A stretch of DNA of 64,000 bases from the human T2T-CHM13v2.0 reference genome, Homo sapiens, in NCBI RefSeq assembly GCF_009914755.1, contig NC_060942.1, one strand, 5' to 3'. Below, piece by piece: positions 14,491 through 31,520 of this stretch. The translations under genes and the position numbers were made by a program. The notes under the pieces are model-generated. The model had not been told where the DNA came from. It saw nothing but the letters and a program-made list of their open reading frames with translations, and did no database searches. Each line of letters starts with the position of its first letter. Position 1 is the stretch's first letter.

Positions 14491-15061
14491 TCAAGTGCCC
14501 TTTATCACTCCATGCCTGCTAGTGTGAGGTTAGTCCCGTCTCCCATCATGATGAGTCCTCAAGAAGACCTTCCCATAGTCCTCTAGTGGAAATAAAGGTT
14601 TAACTCCCTGTGTCCTGTGAATTCTTTGTGCTCCTCTCATGGAGCACTGGGGTACATTGCTCCATAGGTGTCTTGGTGCTCTTTCTCCCCCATGGGGTCG
14701 ATCCTGATGACTCAGCTTTCTTTCCTGCACAGGACGTAGCACCCCACACAATCCTCTGGCAACAACACAAGAATCTGGGAGCCACTGTGACTATGAGGAG
14801 ATATGCTCCCGTTTTAATTTTTAGATGGAGCATGGTTGAAGCATGCCGTGGCTGGATTTTAAGCAGGTGCAGAGGTGGGATGGAACTTTCCAGTTAGAAG
14901 GCAGTGGTCAAGACAAGGAATCATGGGGTCCAAACTAGGGCAGTGTGGTATAGTAGGAGTGGGGAGCTCACGGGCTTGGGGAGCAGGTCAGATGACTGGG
15001 TGCGGAGGGTAGGTAATGAGAGGAATTCTCAGATAACTCCCATGGTCTTGAGCATGAGGTA

Positions 15062-15454
15062 TGTGTTAGTCAGCTTGCTTACCTACCAAAACACAACAGG
15101 CTGAATGACCAAAAACAGACGTTTATTTTCTCACAATTCTGGAGGTTGGAAGTCTAAGATCAAGGTGCCAGCAGGGTTGGTTTCTGGTGAGGGCTCCCTT
15201 CCTGGCTTGCAAACGGCCACGTTCTCACAGTATCCTCACATGGCCTTTCCTCTGTGTGCACACAAAAAGAGGGAGAGATCTCCGGTGTCTCTTCCTCTTC
15301 TTACGAGGACACTGCGGGATTAGGGCCCCACCTTACGGCCTCATCTTACCTTAATTACCTACTTAAGGGCCCTATGTCCAAATACAGTCATGTGGGGGGT
15401 TAGGGCTTCAACATATGAATTCAGGGGGATGGGAAGCACAATTCAGTCCATAAC
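15062..15454 (-). mobile_element. MLT1A-type LTR
   Basis: TTTCTCACAATTCTGGAGGTTGGAAGTCTAAGATCAAGGTGCCAGCAG...GGGCTTCAACATATGAAT...CAATTCAGTCCATAACA. Confidence 0.8.
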
Positions 15455-16264
15455 AAGGGCTAAGGCGGGGAGTGCGTGCCCTGTCTAAAAGGGACAGCTG
15501 CATCCTAGCTTCATCCCACTGTTGCTTTGTGAGAACACAGGCCCAAAGTTGCCAGGTCTTCGGAATTTCTGAAACCTACCTATTTTTAAGCATTTGCTCA
15601 AATTAATAAAATGTAATCTACATGGCTAATACAATCACGGGCTGCTGGCTCTTACCGCTGATCTAACCTGGGTCACACAGACTTTTCTGCAGGCTGTGCA
15701 CTAGGCTTTCGGGGCTCACGCACATGAGAGACCATTGGCAGAGGCCCTGGGTCTACACCAATTAAAAGCATACTTGATGTGAATTGGTGTGAATCAAAAT
15801 ATTTAATCTGCCAAATGAACACATATAGCAAACAAAGCTGTGTTCACCATTCTTCAGGTGAATTTTTCTGCTATTGAGTCCATGGAGTTGTAACAGAGTC
15901 AATGCCATTGATTTTTCTTCATCTTTCATTGACTGTGTTCACTACCTTCCTGCTGGGGAAGGGTTATCATGTTCCACTCAACTACTCTTTTAATATGATT
16001 CTTTTCCTGGATTGTTATTCGAATTTTAAATCCTCAGCTGTAGATAGGATTTGTCTTTTTTCCTTTTTTCAATTATTTCTTGTTATAGTTTATGTATTTG
16101 CTATTTCTCTGTCTGGAATACATCTTTCAAGAAGGAAGCAATCTCTTTGGGACATTTGCTGGCTTTCTTTTGTATCAAAATGCTGGCATGATTTTAATCT
16201 GTGTCTTTAGTTACTGTCAGAGGAAGTGCCTGGTGCACACATGCTCAGACATGCATGCACGCAT

Positions 16265-16265
<1 letters not shown>

Positions 16266-16295
<30 letters not shown>
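16266..16295. repeat. (CA)n microsatellite
   Basis: About 15 CA units, preceded by alternating purine-pyrimidine ACATGCATGCACGCATG. Confidence 0.95.
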
Positions 16296-16297
<2 letters not shown>

Positions 16298-16563
16298 GGA
16301 AAAAAAACAGAAGGAATGTTCTCCACTCTGGGATTTTGATGACTTTTTTCCCAAGTAAATGTCTTTCTTAATGAAGGCAGAAGTGACCAAGGAAAGACAA
16401 TAGTTTTGGAGTTGTGCAGTGGCCTTGGGCATATCCTTATTAACTTGCTGTCTTCGTTTTTTGCCACAGCCTCCTGTGGCACCGTGGCTTTCAAAGTCAG
16501 AAGAAATCCCAGTACTCTGGCTATTCCTTATGTTTCTGAACTCACAAAAGCATAACACATCCT

Positions 16564-16912
<349 letters not shown>

Positions 16913-17244
16913 TTAAGTCAAAACTTTTATGTGGTATAACTTGTTATAGACCGTTACAGCAATGATACTAAAATTTTATAGGCTGGAAACTGCCGTTGTT
17001 TACATGAAGCCTAATTTCATCCCAGGGATTTATCTTGTTCTTTCACTTGGCAAAAGACCAGAAGTTCAGAACACTCTGTCAAAAATGCTCTCTTGGACTT
17101 GTCAACCCTCTCGTGTTTATTCACATGATTAATACTGGCCCTGAAAACAGGTAGTTTTGTCACTGGAATATATGACCATTTTATGAACACTTCCTTCAAA
17201 ATTTGGGGGTATCCTGTGACCCACTAAAAGATGCAGAGGGGCGT

Positions 17245-17430
17245 ATGTGATGGTTAGAGCACAGCACTGGAGTCAGACCTTGTCCGAGGCCCTTAGCACC
17301 GCCATCCTCCAGTTGCACAAACTTAAGTACACCCCCCAGTGCTTCAGTTTCCATCTCAATGATAATCCTAATCCCACTGGCTTATTGACAGGAGTAAATG
17401 AAATTAATTGAAATAATGTATGTAAATTCA
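17245..17430 (+). mobile_element. MIR remnant
   Basis: GGTTAGAGCAC..CTGGAGTCAGACC...GTGCTTCAGTTTCC...TAAATGA...TAATGTATGTAAA. Confidence 0.6.
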
Positions 17431-17585
17431 CATAATGAGATCGCACATCCTAGCAAAGGGCAGCCAGCCCCAGGTGAACACAGCCCTCTGTGACTGAGCC
17501 AGGATCAAGCCCAGGCAGGCTGGCTTCGCCAAACATTAGCCAGTGACTGTGAGGCCAGCTGGAGGCAGCTGCAACAGCCCAGTCA

Positions 17586-17912
<327 letters not shown>

Positions 17913-18303
17913 GAGAGAGAGAGATGTGAGGAGGCGACCTCATTCAGATGCGGTGACAATGACAGGAAGGGGCAGACGTGTCTGTGGGTGTGGGCAAAAC
18001 GGAATCCCGGGAACCTGGTGACTGATGAGATGGAGGGAAAGAAGAGCATCTGGGTGAAGAAATGTCACTGAACCCTTCAGTAAAATGGCAAGGACATTCT
18101 CCGAGTAAGGAATTTAAGAAGAAGAGGCAGTTGGAGGGAGAAGAGAACAGTGAGCTCCGGTCTAGATGTGTTGAGACTGAAGGGCCTTGGATGTCCAGCG
18201 GGCAGTGGCTGGAGAGCAGCTGGGCATTTGCCTTGGGTCTCAGAGAGGCTGCAGAGCCAGAGATGGATGTGTCACCCAGAGTCATTAGTGCACTGGCCAG
18301 GTT

Positions 18304-18365
18304 GGACATGCCACCTGGGGACCACATGCCACCCGGAGAGGACATGCCACCTAGGGAGGACGTGC
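18304..18365 (+). repeat. 18-bp tandem repeat (GGACATGCCACCTGGGGA-like, ~3.4 copies)
   Basis: Units start at 18304, 18322, 18340 and 18358 (partial); gives DMPPG repeats in the ORF track. Confidence 0.8.
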
Positions 18366-18553
18366 AGAGTGAGAAAGGAAGGGAGGAGGGCCCAGGATAG
18401 GAGGCCGTGGGACTCCAGCCTTTCAAAAAGGGCTGGAGGAAGAAGAGCGTGAAGAATGACAGAGGGCTGGGAGCAGCCAAGAAAGGAAGAGGTTTCTGGA
18501 GGAAGGCAGTGGCCAGCAGTGTCACTTGGGAGCTCAGGGATAAAGAGGGCTGA

Positions 18554-18913
<360 letters not shown>

Positions 18914-19519
18914 TCAGATTGGAAGGGACAGGAAGACACTGAAGCAGTGACGGTGGCTGCTCTTGGGAGGACTTTGCTGCTGGAGGACAGAACAGGTGTG
19001 CCCACTCCTGCACCTTGTGCCATCCAGGAAACAGCTGGGGTGATGACGGATGAGACTGGAATGGTGGGTGCTCCTGGGGATGAAGAGAAGAGGGCAGGAG
19101 AGGAATTGTCAATCTTTGTTTGACCCTTGCTGTGCATCCGCTTTCTAAACATTCAGGTGCCTGGACTCAACCTCAGCTCCTCCAGCACAAGTGACTTTCC
19201 CTGTTGACAGTGTCAGACTAATGTGTCATTTAGAGGGAAATTCTTTAATGGCAAGCAGGTTTTTCAGTTGAGTTGAGACCAAGAGACCTAGCTAATTTTC
19301 GGGTATCTAGCTAATTTAATTTGTCTATGAAAAGTTTCCAAAGATTAACATTTTCAAAGGTAAGACCTAACTCCAAGGGCCCAAAATCACTTCATGATAT
19401 TGAAAGTGATAATCAGAAGATCTCCAAAACCTCACTGCATAAATCCGAATAAGGAGCCCTAGATGATTATTTCTCACCTGACAGCACCCAGGATAATTTA
19501 CTTTGAGTCTACATTTATC

Positions 19520-19856
19520 TATTTATTTTTAATTTTATTTATTTATTTATTTACTTAGAGACAGAGTCTCTCTCTGTTGCCTAGGCTGGAGCAGTAGTAC
19601 CATCTTGGCTCACTGCAACTTCCACCTCCTAGGTTCAAGCGATTCTCTTGCCTCAGCCTCCCAAGTAGCTAGGACCACAGGCACCCACCACCACACCTGG
19701 CTAATTTTTGGGGTTTTTTTTTTATTTTTGTATTTTTAGTAGAGACAGGGTTTTACCATGTTGGACAGGCTGGTCTCAAAGTCCTGACCTCTGGGGATCC
19801 ACCTGCCTCAGCCTCCTAAAGTTCTGGGATTACAGGCGTGAGCCACCGTGCCCAGC
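19520..19856 (-). mobile_element. AluS, antisense
   Basis: (TTTA)n tail then antisense dimer ending GAGCCACCGTGCCCAGC. Confidence 0.88.
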
Positions 19857-20039
19857 TGGGTCTAAATTTATTAATACTTAGTTGTTGGGTTTTTTTTTTG
19901 AGGGGGGGGGTTGGCTTTAAGCTGAAACCAACCCTTTTACTGAAAAACAGAAAATTACCTTCTATCAGCTAAAGCAGTGACTCTTAAGTGTGTTTCGGGG
20001 TCAAGTGAAAACTGTTCCCTGTTGTTTCAGAATTCCCTC

Positions 20040-20360
20040 GCTAGGGATGGACAGACAGCGCACAGAGGACTTTTAGGGCAGGGAAACCGCTCCCTATGAT
20101 ACCATATGAGTGGACAATGTCACCACATACTTGTCCAACCCACAGAATATACAACGCCAAGAGGGAACCCTAGTGTAGCCCTTCCAGCGCTGTGGACTCT
20201 GGGTGACAGTCATGCGTCAGGGTAGCTTCATGGATTGCCGTACTCTATGAGGGATGTTGCTGGTGGGGAGGCTGTGCCTGTCGGGGCAGGGAGTACATGG
20301 CAGCTGTATTCTGTACCATCCTCTCAATTTTGCTGTGAACCTAAAACTGCTCTAAATAAT
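20040..20360 (+). mobile_element. L1MC-like 3' end fragment
   Basis: CACAGAGGACTTTTAGGGCAG..AAAC...CCCACAGAAT.TACAAC.CCAAGAG.GAACCCTA...CAATTTTGCTGTGAACCTAAAACTGCTCTAAA. Confidence 0.7.
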
Positions 20361-21651
20361 AGGCTTCTTGTTTTAGTCACTTACTAAGAAAAGAAGTCAG
20401 TGAAAGATTTTGTCCTTGAATTAGGATCCCAAGAGGAGGAGCTGGTGGAGAAGAAGAGGACAGACACCACAGTGGCCATAGCAGAAGGGTCGAGGGTTCT
20501 TCTAATGAGCCCGTTTAGGGGCCATAAGCTGATGGCCCTACTCTTAAAAAGCCCAGGTCAGTTAACCGCAGCAGGAAAGATAGCGGCCCATTATTGAAAG
20601 CTGTGGTTTATGAATAAAAAAGCATCATTTAAAGACTTTTCCAACTGCAGTTCTGGGGTTAAATTATTCTCAGCAAATAAAGCCCTCTAGACATGCATTG
20701 AAGTGTTAGCACCTGACGGGAGGGGCACACACACACTGCTCCTGCAGGCCGTTTGGCTTGGCTTGGCCAGGCCATGTGTCCCATCCTGTAAGGCTGCCCT
20801 AGCTCTGCCTCATCAGGAGGAATCACAGGATTGTTGCCCAGCTGTTATTAGGTGTTACACCAAATGCCACTGAAGGCACGAGTTAGGGAAGCCACCCATC
20901 AAAATCTTCAAGGGTTAGACAGCTCTCTTCAACCCTTCCTGCTGTTATTTCATTTGCCGATCTGGGAAAATGTTATTTAGTGAGAGGCAGGTCAACCTGC
21001 CGACTGATGGAGGATCGAGGAAGACAGCAAACACACTGTGGCATCTGCTTTCTCTAATCCTAGCAGAAGAGCCTTGGAGAAGATGTAGGTTGCATCACTG
21101 TGCTTTGGATTAATGCTCACTTGGTGTGTTCTTCTGTAGTTGAAAAGTGAATTTTCTTTCTGAATAAGTGAACTTCTCCCAGAAAAAGCATAAGAAGACA
21201 ATATTTTGACATAAACAGAAAAATAAGGCGCAATGATACCCATTCTTTGAGTCACAAGGGAAAAGGCCATTTTATTCATTGAATCCCTTATATTACTCAC
21301 CAACTGCAAACATTTGCATCTCTCAGGAGCCCGCTCTGTGCCAGGTGCTTCTCTGGGTGATGTGGAGATTCCACAAGGCAGAGAGCACAGCCTCAGCCCT
21401 GGAAAAGTTCACTGTGTTGTTGAAGAGAAAGGACAAGAACCTAAGAGAAAAATACCAGTCCGAGCCTGCACGTGCTCGGAGATAAATGGCAACAGTGTGG
21501 GTCAAGAACATGATTCCAGGGATTCACGTGGAACCTCTCAGTAACATGATGGGCATCCCCCTTCCTTAGGATATTTTATGAGTGGGGAGGTACAGGGGAG
21601 GTAGGAACTTGATTGTTTAATGTCAATGTTTGTACACAAATGCATAATGCT

Positions 21652-21924
21652 GGCCAGGCGCGGTGGCTCACACCTGTAATCCTAACACTTTGAGAGGCCG
21701 AGGCGGGTGGATTGCTTGAGGTCATGAGTTCGAGACCAGCCTGGCCAACATGGTGAAACCCCATCTCTACTAAAAATACAAAAATTAGCCAGACGTTGTG
21801 GCGGGTACCTATAATCCCAGCTACTCGGGAGGCTGAGGCAGGAAGTTGCAATGAGCCAAGAGTGCGTCGTTCCACTCCAGCCTGGGTGACAGAGCAAGAA
21901 TCTCAAAAAAAAAAAAAAAAAAAA
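21652..21924 (+). mobile_element. AluS with right-arm deletion
   Basis: TSD GCATAATGCT; lacks GAATCGCTTGAACCCGGGAGGCGGAG. Confidence 0.88.
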
Positions 21925-23163
21925 GCATAATGCTGTTATTGATCCTGGGTGCAAACTATGAGCAGAAGCAGCTGTGAAATCTGCTCCAAGTTTGCACCTG
22001 GCAGCTGGTTTCCTGTTCATCAAGGAGCTGCTGAAAGAACCCAGAAGCACCCACAGCTCCCAGAATGTAGCAGCAACCTGGAGTGTTTACCTAATAGAAC
22101 TGATGCTTCAAGAAGATGAAGAAAGTTTGAGCAACAGTGTGCAGTGTTATCAAACGGGAAGGAGACTGCTCCTTTTATCTCCAGCCATCAAAGTGCTCCA
22201 CAAGTCAATATTAGGAGCTGCATTTTGTAGATTGCACCATGATGGGAAGGTGGAGATTGTCTGTAAATCGGCATAAAGAAAAAAAAAATGAAACGTTTAT
22301 CCTTTTTTTACCCAAGAAATCCACTCATTAGAGAATCACTGAAAGGAAGGTGGATAAAAAGCCACAAAAGGGAACCTTTGACTTGGCTGCAGAGCAGCAT
22401 TTGTGTTTTACAGGTACTTCGGGAGCATCTAGAGGGCGTGATTTGGAGTCTGCTAGCCAGGAGGCCACAGGAGAAACACAGGTCAGCCCCAGAATCATGG
22501 AGCACACATTTGCCTCGACCCCAGCTGTATTTTCTTTTCTGGGAAAATATCAGCCCCTGGAATTAGGCCAGACACAGGAATCTGTAGATACAAAGCTCGC
22601 TAGCAGAGCAAGACTCAGAACGCAAGAGTGGCACCAGGGAGGAATCAGGACCGAGCAAGAGGCGAGTGCTGATCCCAGAGCCGGCCTCCTTCTTCCCTGT
22701 CACCCTCAGAGGGTGGTGTAAATGAACCACAAGCCCACAGCTGTCCTGGTGAGGAAGCGCAGAACAAGGCCCAAGCCAGCATACCCCAGAGAGTTAGACT
22801 GAGCCACAGATCAATCAGCTGTTTGATTTGTAGAGCAGCTTGTCTATTGAGAAGGACGTCAGTGCTGTGTTACAGGCTACTATTTGTTTATTCAGTAGCA
22901 ATTACTGACATTCAGTAGCACGTCTACCACGTCCCAGGTTCTGTCAGGCTTCAGTCTACAAACTGGAGCTGTCTCAGGAGCTGTTCTGTGTGCTCAGGAG
23001 CTTATGACCCTGTGCGGGAGACAAAGGTATCAACCAGCCATTGCAGCACAGCATAAAATACATCCATGCAGGTACAGAAGACAGTGGGAGCAGCTCTTGC
23101 CCCAGTGAGAAGGGAGGCAGGACTGAGGAGGAGGGCAGCAGCTTCCAAGAACCTTCCCACTTA

Positions 23164-23514
<351 letters not shown>

Positions 23515-24138
23515 TTAAAATCGACAAGTTTGAGAAACCCCTCGTTTTGAGAGGCTCATTGGAAAGCAGCAGATGCCACACAGAGCAAATGAAAAACAGA
23601 ACGCTCCGCACGTTGTGCATAGTTTTATCGAAACTCCTGCATCTGCTTTAAGTCTGTTTAGTTGAAAATCCATTTAGAATATGCTCTAATTGATATATGT
23701 GACCTATAAGGAAGTGTCCCTCTTTTTTAAGAAAATATAGAAACGTGTTATTTGTTATAGGTTTTCATTGTACAAAGAAATTCAATGTGCTGAAAAGAAC
23801 CAATAAAATACGGATAAAGTAGTGCCAATTAAGAAACAGTTATGTGACTCTTTATCTCTGAAATTGTTTTAACTGGTACTTTGTTTTAGAATTGCTTTTT
23901 AATGTAACAGCCTTCTGAACATCAGCTATTTGATAAGCGCTGCGTGGAACTAAAAAGCATGCCGAGCTGTGGTTGATCCAATGGACTTCGCTGTGCCTCA
24001 TGGAGGACGATACTTAACTTTCAGATCCATTTCCGTTTTTTGCTCTAATGACATTTTCTCAGAAGTAATGCTCTCCACCCTTGGGCTTGGGTACAATAAT
24101 GAGCTTGGAACAGGGGATAGGAGGCCCAGTGTTGATGG

Positions 24139-24139
<1 letters not shown>

Positions 24140-24179
<40 letters not shown>
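24140..24179. repeat. (CA)~20 microsatellite
   Basis: Perfect CA run; a length typically polymorphic. Confidence 0.95.
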
Positions 24180-24181
<2 letters not shown>

Positions 24182-26095
24182 GAAGTGCAGGAAGCTCTGT
24201 GGCCATGTCAACCCTTGCTGACTGGGGACAGATGGAGGCAGGCTGCACCCTAGTCTGTGGCCTCAGAAGAAAAGCATCTTAGTTCTGCTGGTGGTGTTCA
24301 GCCTCAGCCTTTCCCTTCACCTAAATTCCTACAGGTTATCCTAACTTCAAATAGGATAAATTAATTTTAATTATGTATACAGAATGTTCGTTTAGGAACA
24401 CAGAGGATGGATTTCTAGAGTAATCTCAAAATCCTGTTATTCAACCCACAATACAAAGGAAGCAGCATTGGTGTTCTTCCGTGGAGCCTGAACATCATGG
24501 GTCCCACAGTGAGTCACAGCCTTCTGCACTCCCTGATCACACAGTGGGTCACACCCTAGACCCGTGGGTCATACCACGGAACACATCGTGGATCCCACAT
24601 ATGGATTATACCCTAGGACACAGCCTGGATCACACAGTGTATTTGGAATTAGAGATTGGAATGCCAGAAACAGCCACACAGTCACCCTGGCCTCCAGAGC
24701 AGGCCTTCCACTGAACCCTTTGCTGTGGCTTCACTATGCCCTGAGCAGTCCAAGGCACAACTAATGGCCCAGGGTCTTCCGGCTGAAAGTGGGAATAGTG
24801 AGGAATGGGCCTAGGGTGATCAGTGAGCAGTAATGATAAGTACCCCCATCTGTAATATGTGCCTCAACTCCTGCTAACCCACAGGTACAGAGGGAGAGGA
24901 GCTCAGCTATCTGGCCCACTTCTGGGCTCCCTCCCCAGTTTCCAGACCCAGCCACGCAGCCTACTCTGGGGTCTTTGGACTCCGTCTCTTACATTTTTGT
25001 CTCCTTTCTTCCTTAATATCAGTATTTTCTTTTAGTTTCTCCTTATCAAAGCTTGCTCATACCCAGAACATTTTACTCGTTCCTGTGAAATTATTAATGG
25101 AGGTGAAAGTTAAGTCCATTATCAATTTTTTTTTTAATTTAACAGCTTTTTTTGAGATATAGTTGAAATGCATACAGAAAACAGCACATATTTAAAGTGT
25201 GCAGTTTGGTTAGTTTTGACATGTGTATACACCTGAGAGCATATCCATCACCTCTGAAAGTTTCCTCCTGCATCTTTGAGTTGATTTCCTTATTTTATCA
25301 TGGTAAGAACACTTCACACGAGATCTACCCTATTAAAAAGTTTTTAAGTGTACAATACCGTACTCTTCTATATGGGGACAACGTTGTACAGCAGAGCTCT
25401 ACAACTTAATCATCTTGCATGTCTGAAATGTTTTACTCCTTGAATAGCAACTCTCCACTTCCCTCTCCCCCAAACCCTAGAAACAACCGTGCTACTCTTT
25501 GCTTCTGTGAGTTTGACTATTACAAGTCCTCATATAAATGGAATCATGCAGTATTTCTCCTTCTGTGACTGGCTTAACTCAGCATTCCCTCCAGGTTCAT
25601 CCATGTTGTTGCATCTGGCTGCATTCCCTTCTTTTCTTTTTTAAGGTTGAATAATATTCCATTGTATGTATGTTCCACATTTTCTTTCTTCATTCATCTT
25701 CCAGTGGACATTTAGGCTGCTTCAGTATCTTGGCTATTGCAAAAATTGCTGCAGCAAACGTAAGAGTGCAGCTATCTCCTGGAGATTCTGATTTCAGTTC
25801 TTTTGAATATATACCCAGAAGTGGGATGGCTGGATTTTATGGTAATTCTATATTTTGATTTTTTAAAGGAATTTCCTACTGTTTTCCATAGCAGCTGTAC
25901 CATTTTAATTCCCACCAGCAGCGTACAAGGGTTTCAGTTTCTCTGCATCTTTGCCGACACTTGCTAACTTTTGTCTTTTTGATAATGGCCATCCTAACAG
26001 GTGTGAGGTGATATGTCATTATGGTTTTGATTTGCCATTTTCCTCATGATTAATAACATTGAGCTTTTCATATACCTGCTGGACATTTCTATGTC

Positions 26096-26375
26096 TTTTT
26101 TTTTTTTTTTTTTTTCTGAGACAGAGCCTCGCTCTGTCACCCAGGCTGGATTGCAGTGGCACGATTTCGGCTCACTGCAACCTTCGCCTCCCAGATCCAG
26201 GCGATTCCCCTGCCTTAGCCTCCTGAGTGGCTGGGATTACAGGCTCCTGCCAGCATGCCTGGGAAAATTTTGTATTTTAGTAGAAGCAGGGTTTCACTAT
26301 GTTGGCCAGGCTGGTCTTGAACTCCTGACTTCAAGTGATCTGCCCACCTCGGCCTTTCAAAGTGCTGGGATTACA
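26096..26375 (-). mobile_element. AluS, antisense
   Basis: Poly-T then antisense dimer. Confidence 0.88.
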
Positions 26376-26515
26376 GTGTATGTCTTCTTTAAGAAGACAT
26401 GTCATTAGCCCATTTTTTAATCCGGATATTTGCTATTTTTTGTTTTGTTTTGTTTTTTTGCTGTTGAGTTGTAGGAGCTCTTTATATATTTCAGAGATTA
26501 TCCCCTTATCAGATA

Positions 26516-29056
<2,541 letters not shown>

Positions 29057-31138
29057 TATGTGGTTTACACATATTTTCTCCCTTTCAGTAGGTTGCCTCT
29101 TCATTCTGTTGATTGTTTCCTTTGCTGTGCAGAAGCCCCTCAGTTTGATGTCATCTCACTTGCCAATTTTGTCATTGTTGCCTGTGCTGTTGGTGTCATA
29201 TCCAAGAAATCATTGCCAAGACCAATTAATGTCAGGAAACTTTTTTCCTATATTTTCGTTCAGTAGTTTTACAGTTTCAGGTCTTACAATTACGTCTTTA
29301 ATCCATTTCGATTTACTTTTTGTGTGTAGTGTAAGATAAAGTTCCAATTTCATTCTTTTGCATCTGCATATACAATTTTCCCAACACCATTTGTTGCAGA
29401 AACTATCCTTTCCCCATTTTATATTCTTGGCACTCTTGTCAAAGATCAATTGACTATATTTGTGGATTTATTTCTGGACTCTCTATTCTCTTCCATTGGT
29501 TTATGTATCTATATGCCAGTACCATACTGTTTTAATTACTGTAACTGTGTAGTATGTTTTGAAATTAGGAAATGTGATGCTTCTAGCTTTGTTCTTCTTT
29601 CTCAAGATTACTTTGTCTACTTGGGGTCCTTTGTGGTTCCTTCTGAGTTTTAGGACTGTTTTCTCTATTTTTGTAAAAAAAAAAAAAAAAAAAAGTCATT
29701 AGGATTTCCCTGGGGATTGCATTGACTCAGTAGGTAGCTTTGGGTAGTACAGACATTTTAACAATATAAATCTTCCAATTTGTGAACATGGGATTTTTTT
29801 CCATTTATTTGTATCTTCTTTCATTTCTTATATCACTGTTTTGTAGTTTTCAGTATAAAGGTCTTTCTCCTCCTTGGTTAATTCCTAAGTGTTTTGTTAT
29901 TTTTGATGTTGTTGTAAATGAGATTGTTTTTTAATTTCATTTTCAGATAGTTCATTGTTTGTATGTAAAACTGCAACTGATTTTATACATCAATTTTGTA
30001 TCCTGCAACTTTGCTGAATTCATTTATTAGTTCTAATAGTTTTTTGGTGAAATTTTTATATTTTTGTATGTATAAGATCATGCCATCTGCAAGCAGATAA
30101 TTTTACTTCTTCCTTTTGAATTTTGATGCTTTTTATTTCTTTTTCTTGCCTATATGCTTTGGCTGGGACTTCCTGTGGTGTGCTGAATAGAAGTGATGAG
30201 AGTGGGCATCTTTGCCTTCTTCCTAATCCTAGAGGAAAAAGCTTTTGCTTTTTCACCATTAAGTATAATATTAGCTGTGGGCTTTTCACATACAGCTTTA
30301 ATTATAGTCAGTTAAATTTCTTCTATACCTAGTTTATTGAGAGTGTTTAATCATGAAATGGTGTTGAATTTTGTTAAATGCTTTTTTTGTATCTATTGAG
30401 ATCACTATGTTATTTTTGTCCTTCACACTGTTAATGTGGTATATCACATTAATTGATTTACACGTGTTGAATCATCCTTGCGTTTCAGGGATAAATCCCA
30501 CTTGGTCATAGTGCTGTTGAGTTCAGTTTCCTAATACTTTATTAAGGATTTTTGCTTCTGTGGACCTCAGGAATATTAGCCTATAGTTTCTTTTCTTGTA
30601 GTGCCTTCATCTGACTTTGGTATCGGCATACACTGGCTTCATAAAATGAGTTTGGAAGTGTTCCCTTTATGTTATTGATGACGCAGTTTACATCTTTTTA
30701 TGTTGTGTATCCATTAACACATTTTTATATAGTTAGTGTTAATACTTTGTCTTTTAACTTTTAAGTTAGAATTAAAATTATTTACATATCAACATTACAG
30801 TATTCTATGTTTGTCTACATATTTACCTTTACGAATGAACTTTATACTTTCATATGCTTTCTTGTTGCTGTTTAGTATGCTTTCATTTCAACTTGAAAAA
30901 CTCTCCTTAGCATTTCTTGTATGTCATATATGGTGGTGATGAATACCCTCAACTTTTGTTTGGGAAATTTTTTCTCTCTCCTTTTTTTTTTTGGAGGATA
31001 GTTTTGCCAGGTATAGTGTTCTTTGGTTGGCACTTTTTTCTTTTAGAACGTTGAATATATCATCCCACTCCTTTCTGACCTGAAAGATTTTTGCTAAGAA
31101 ATCTGCCAATAGTCTTATGAGGGCTTCCTTTTATGTGA

Positions 31139-31520
<382 letters not shown>

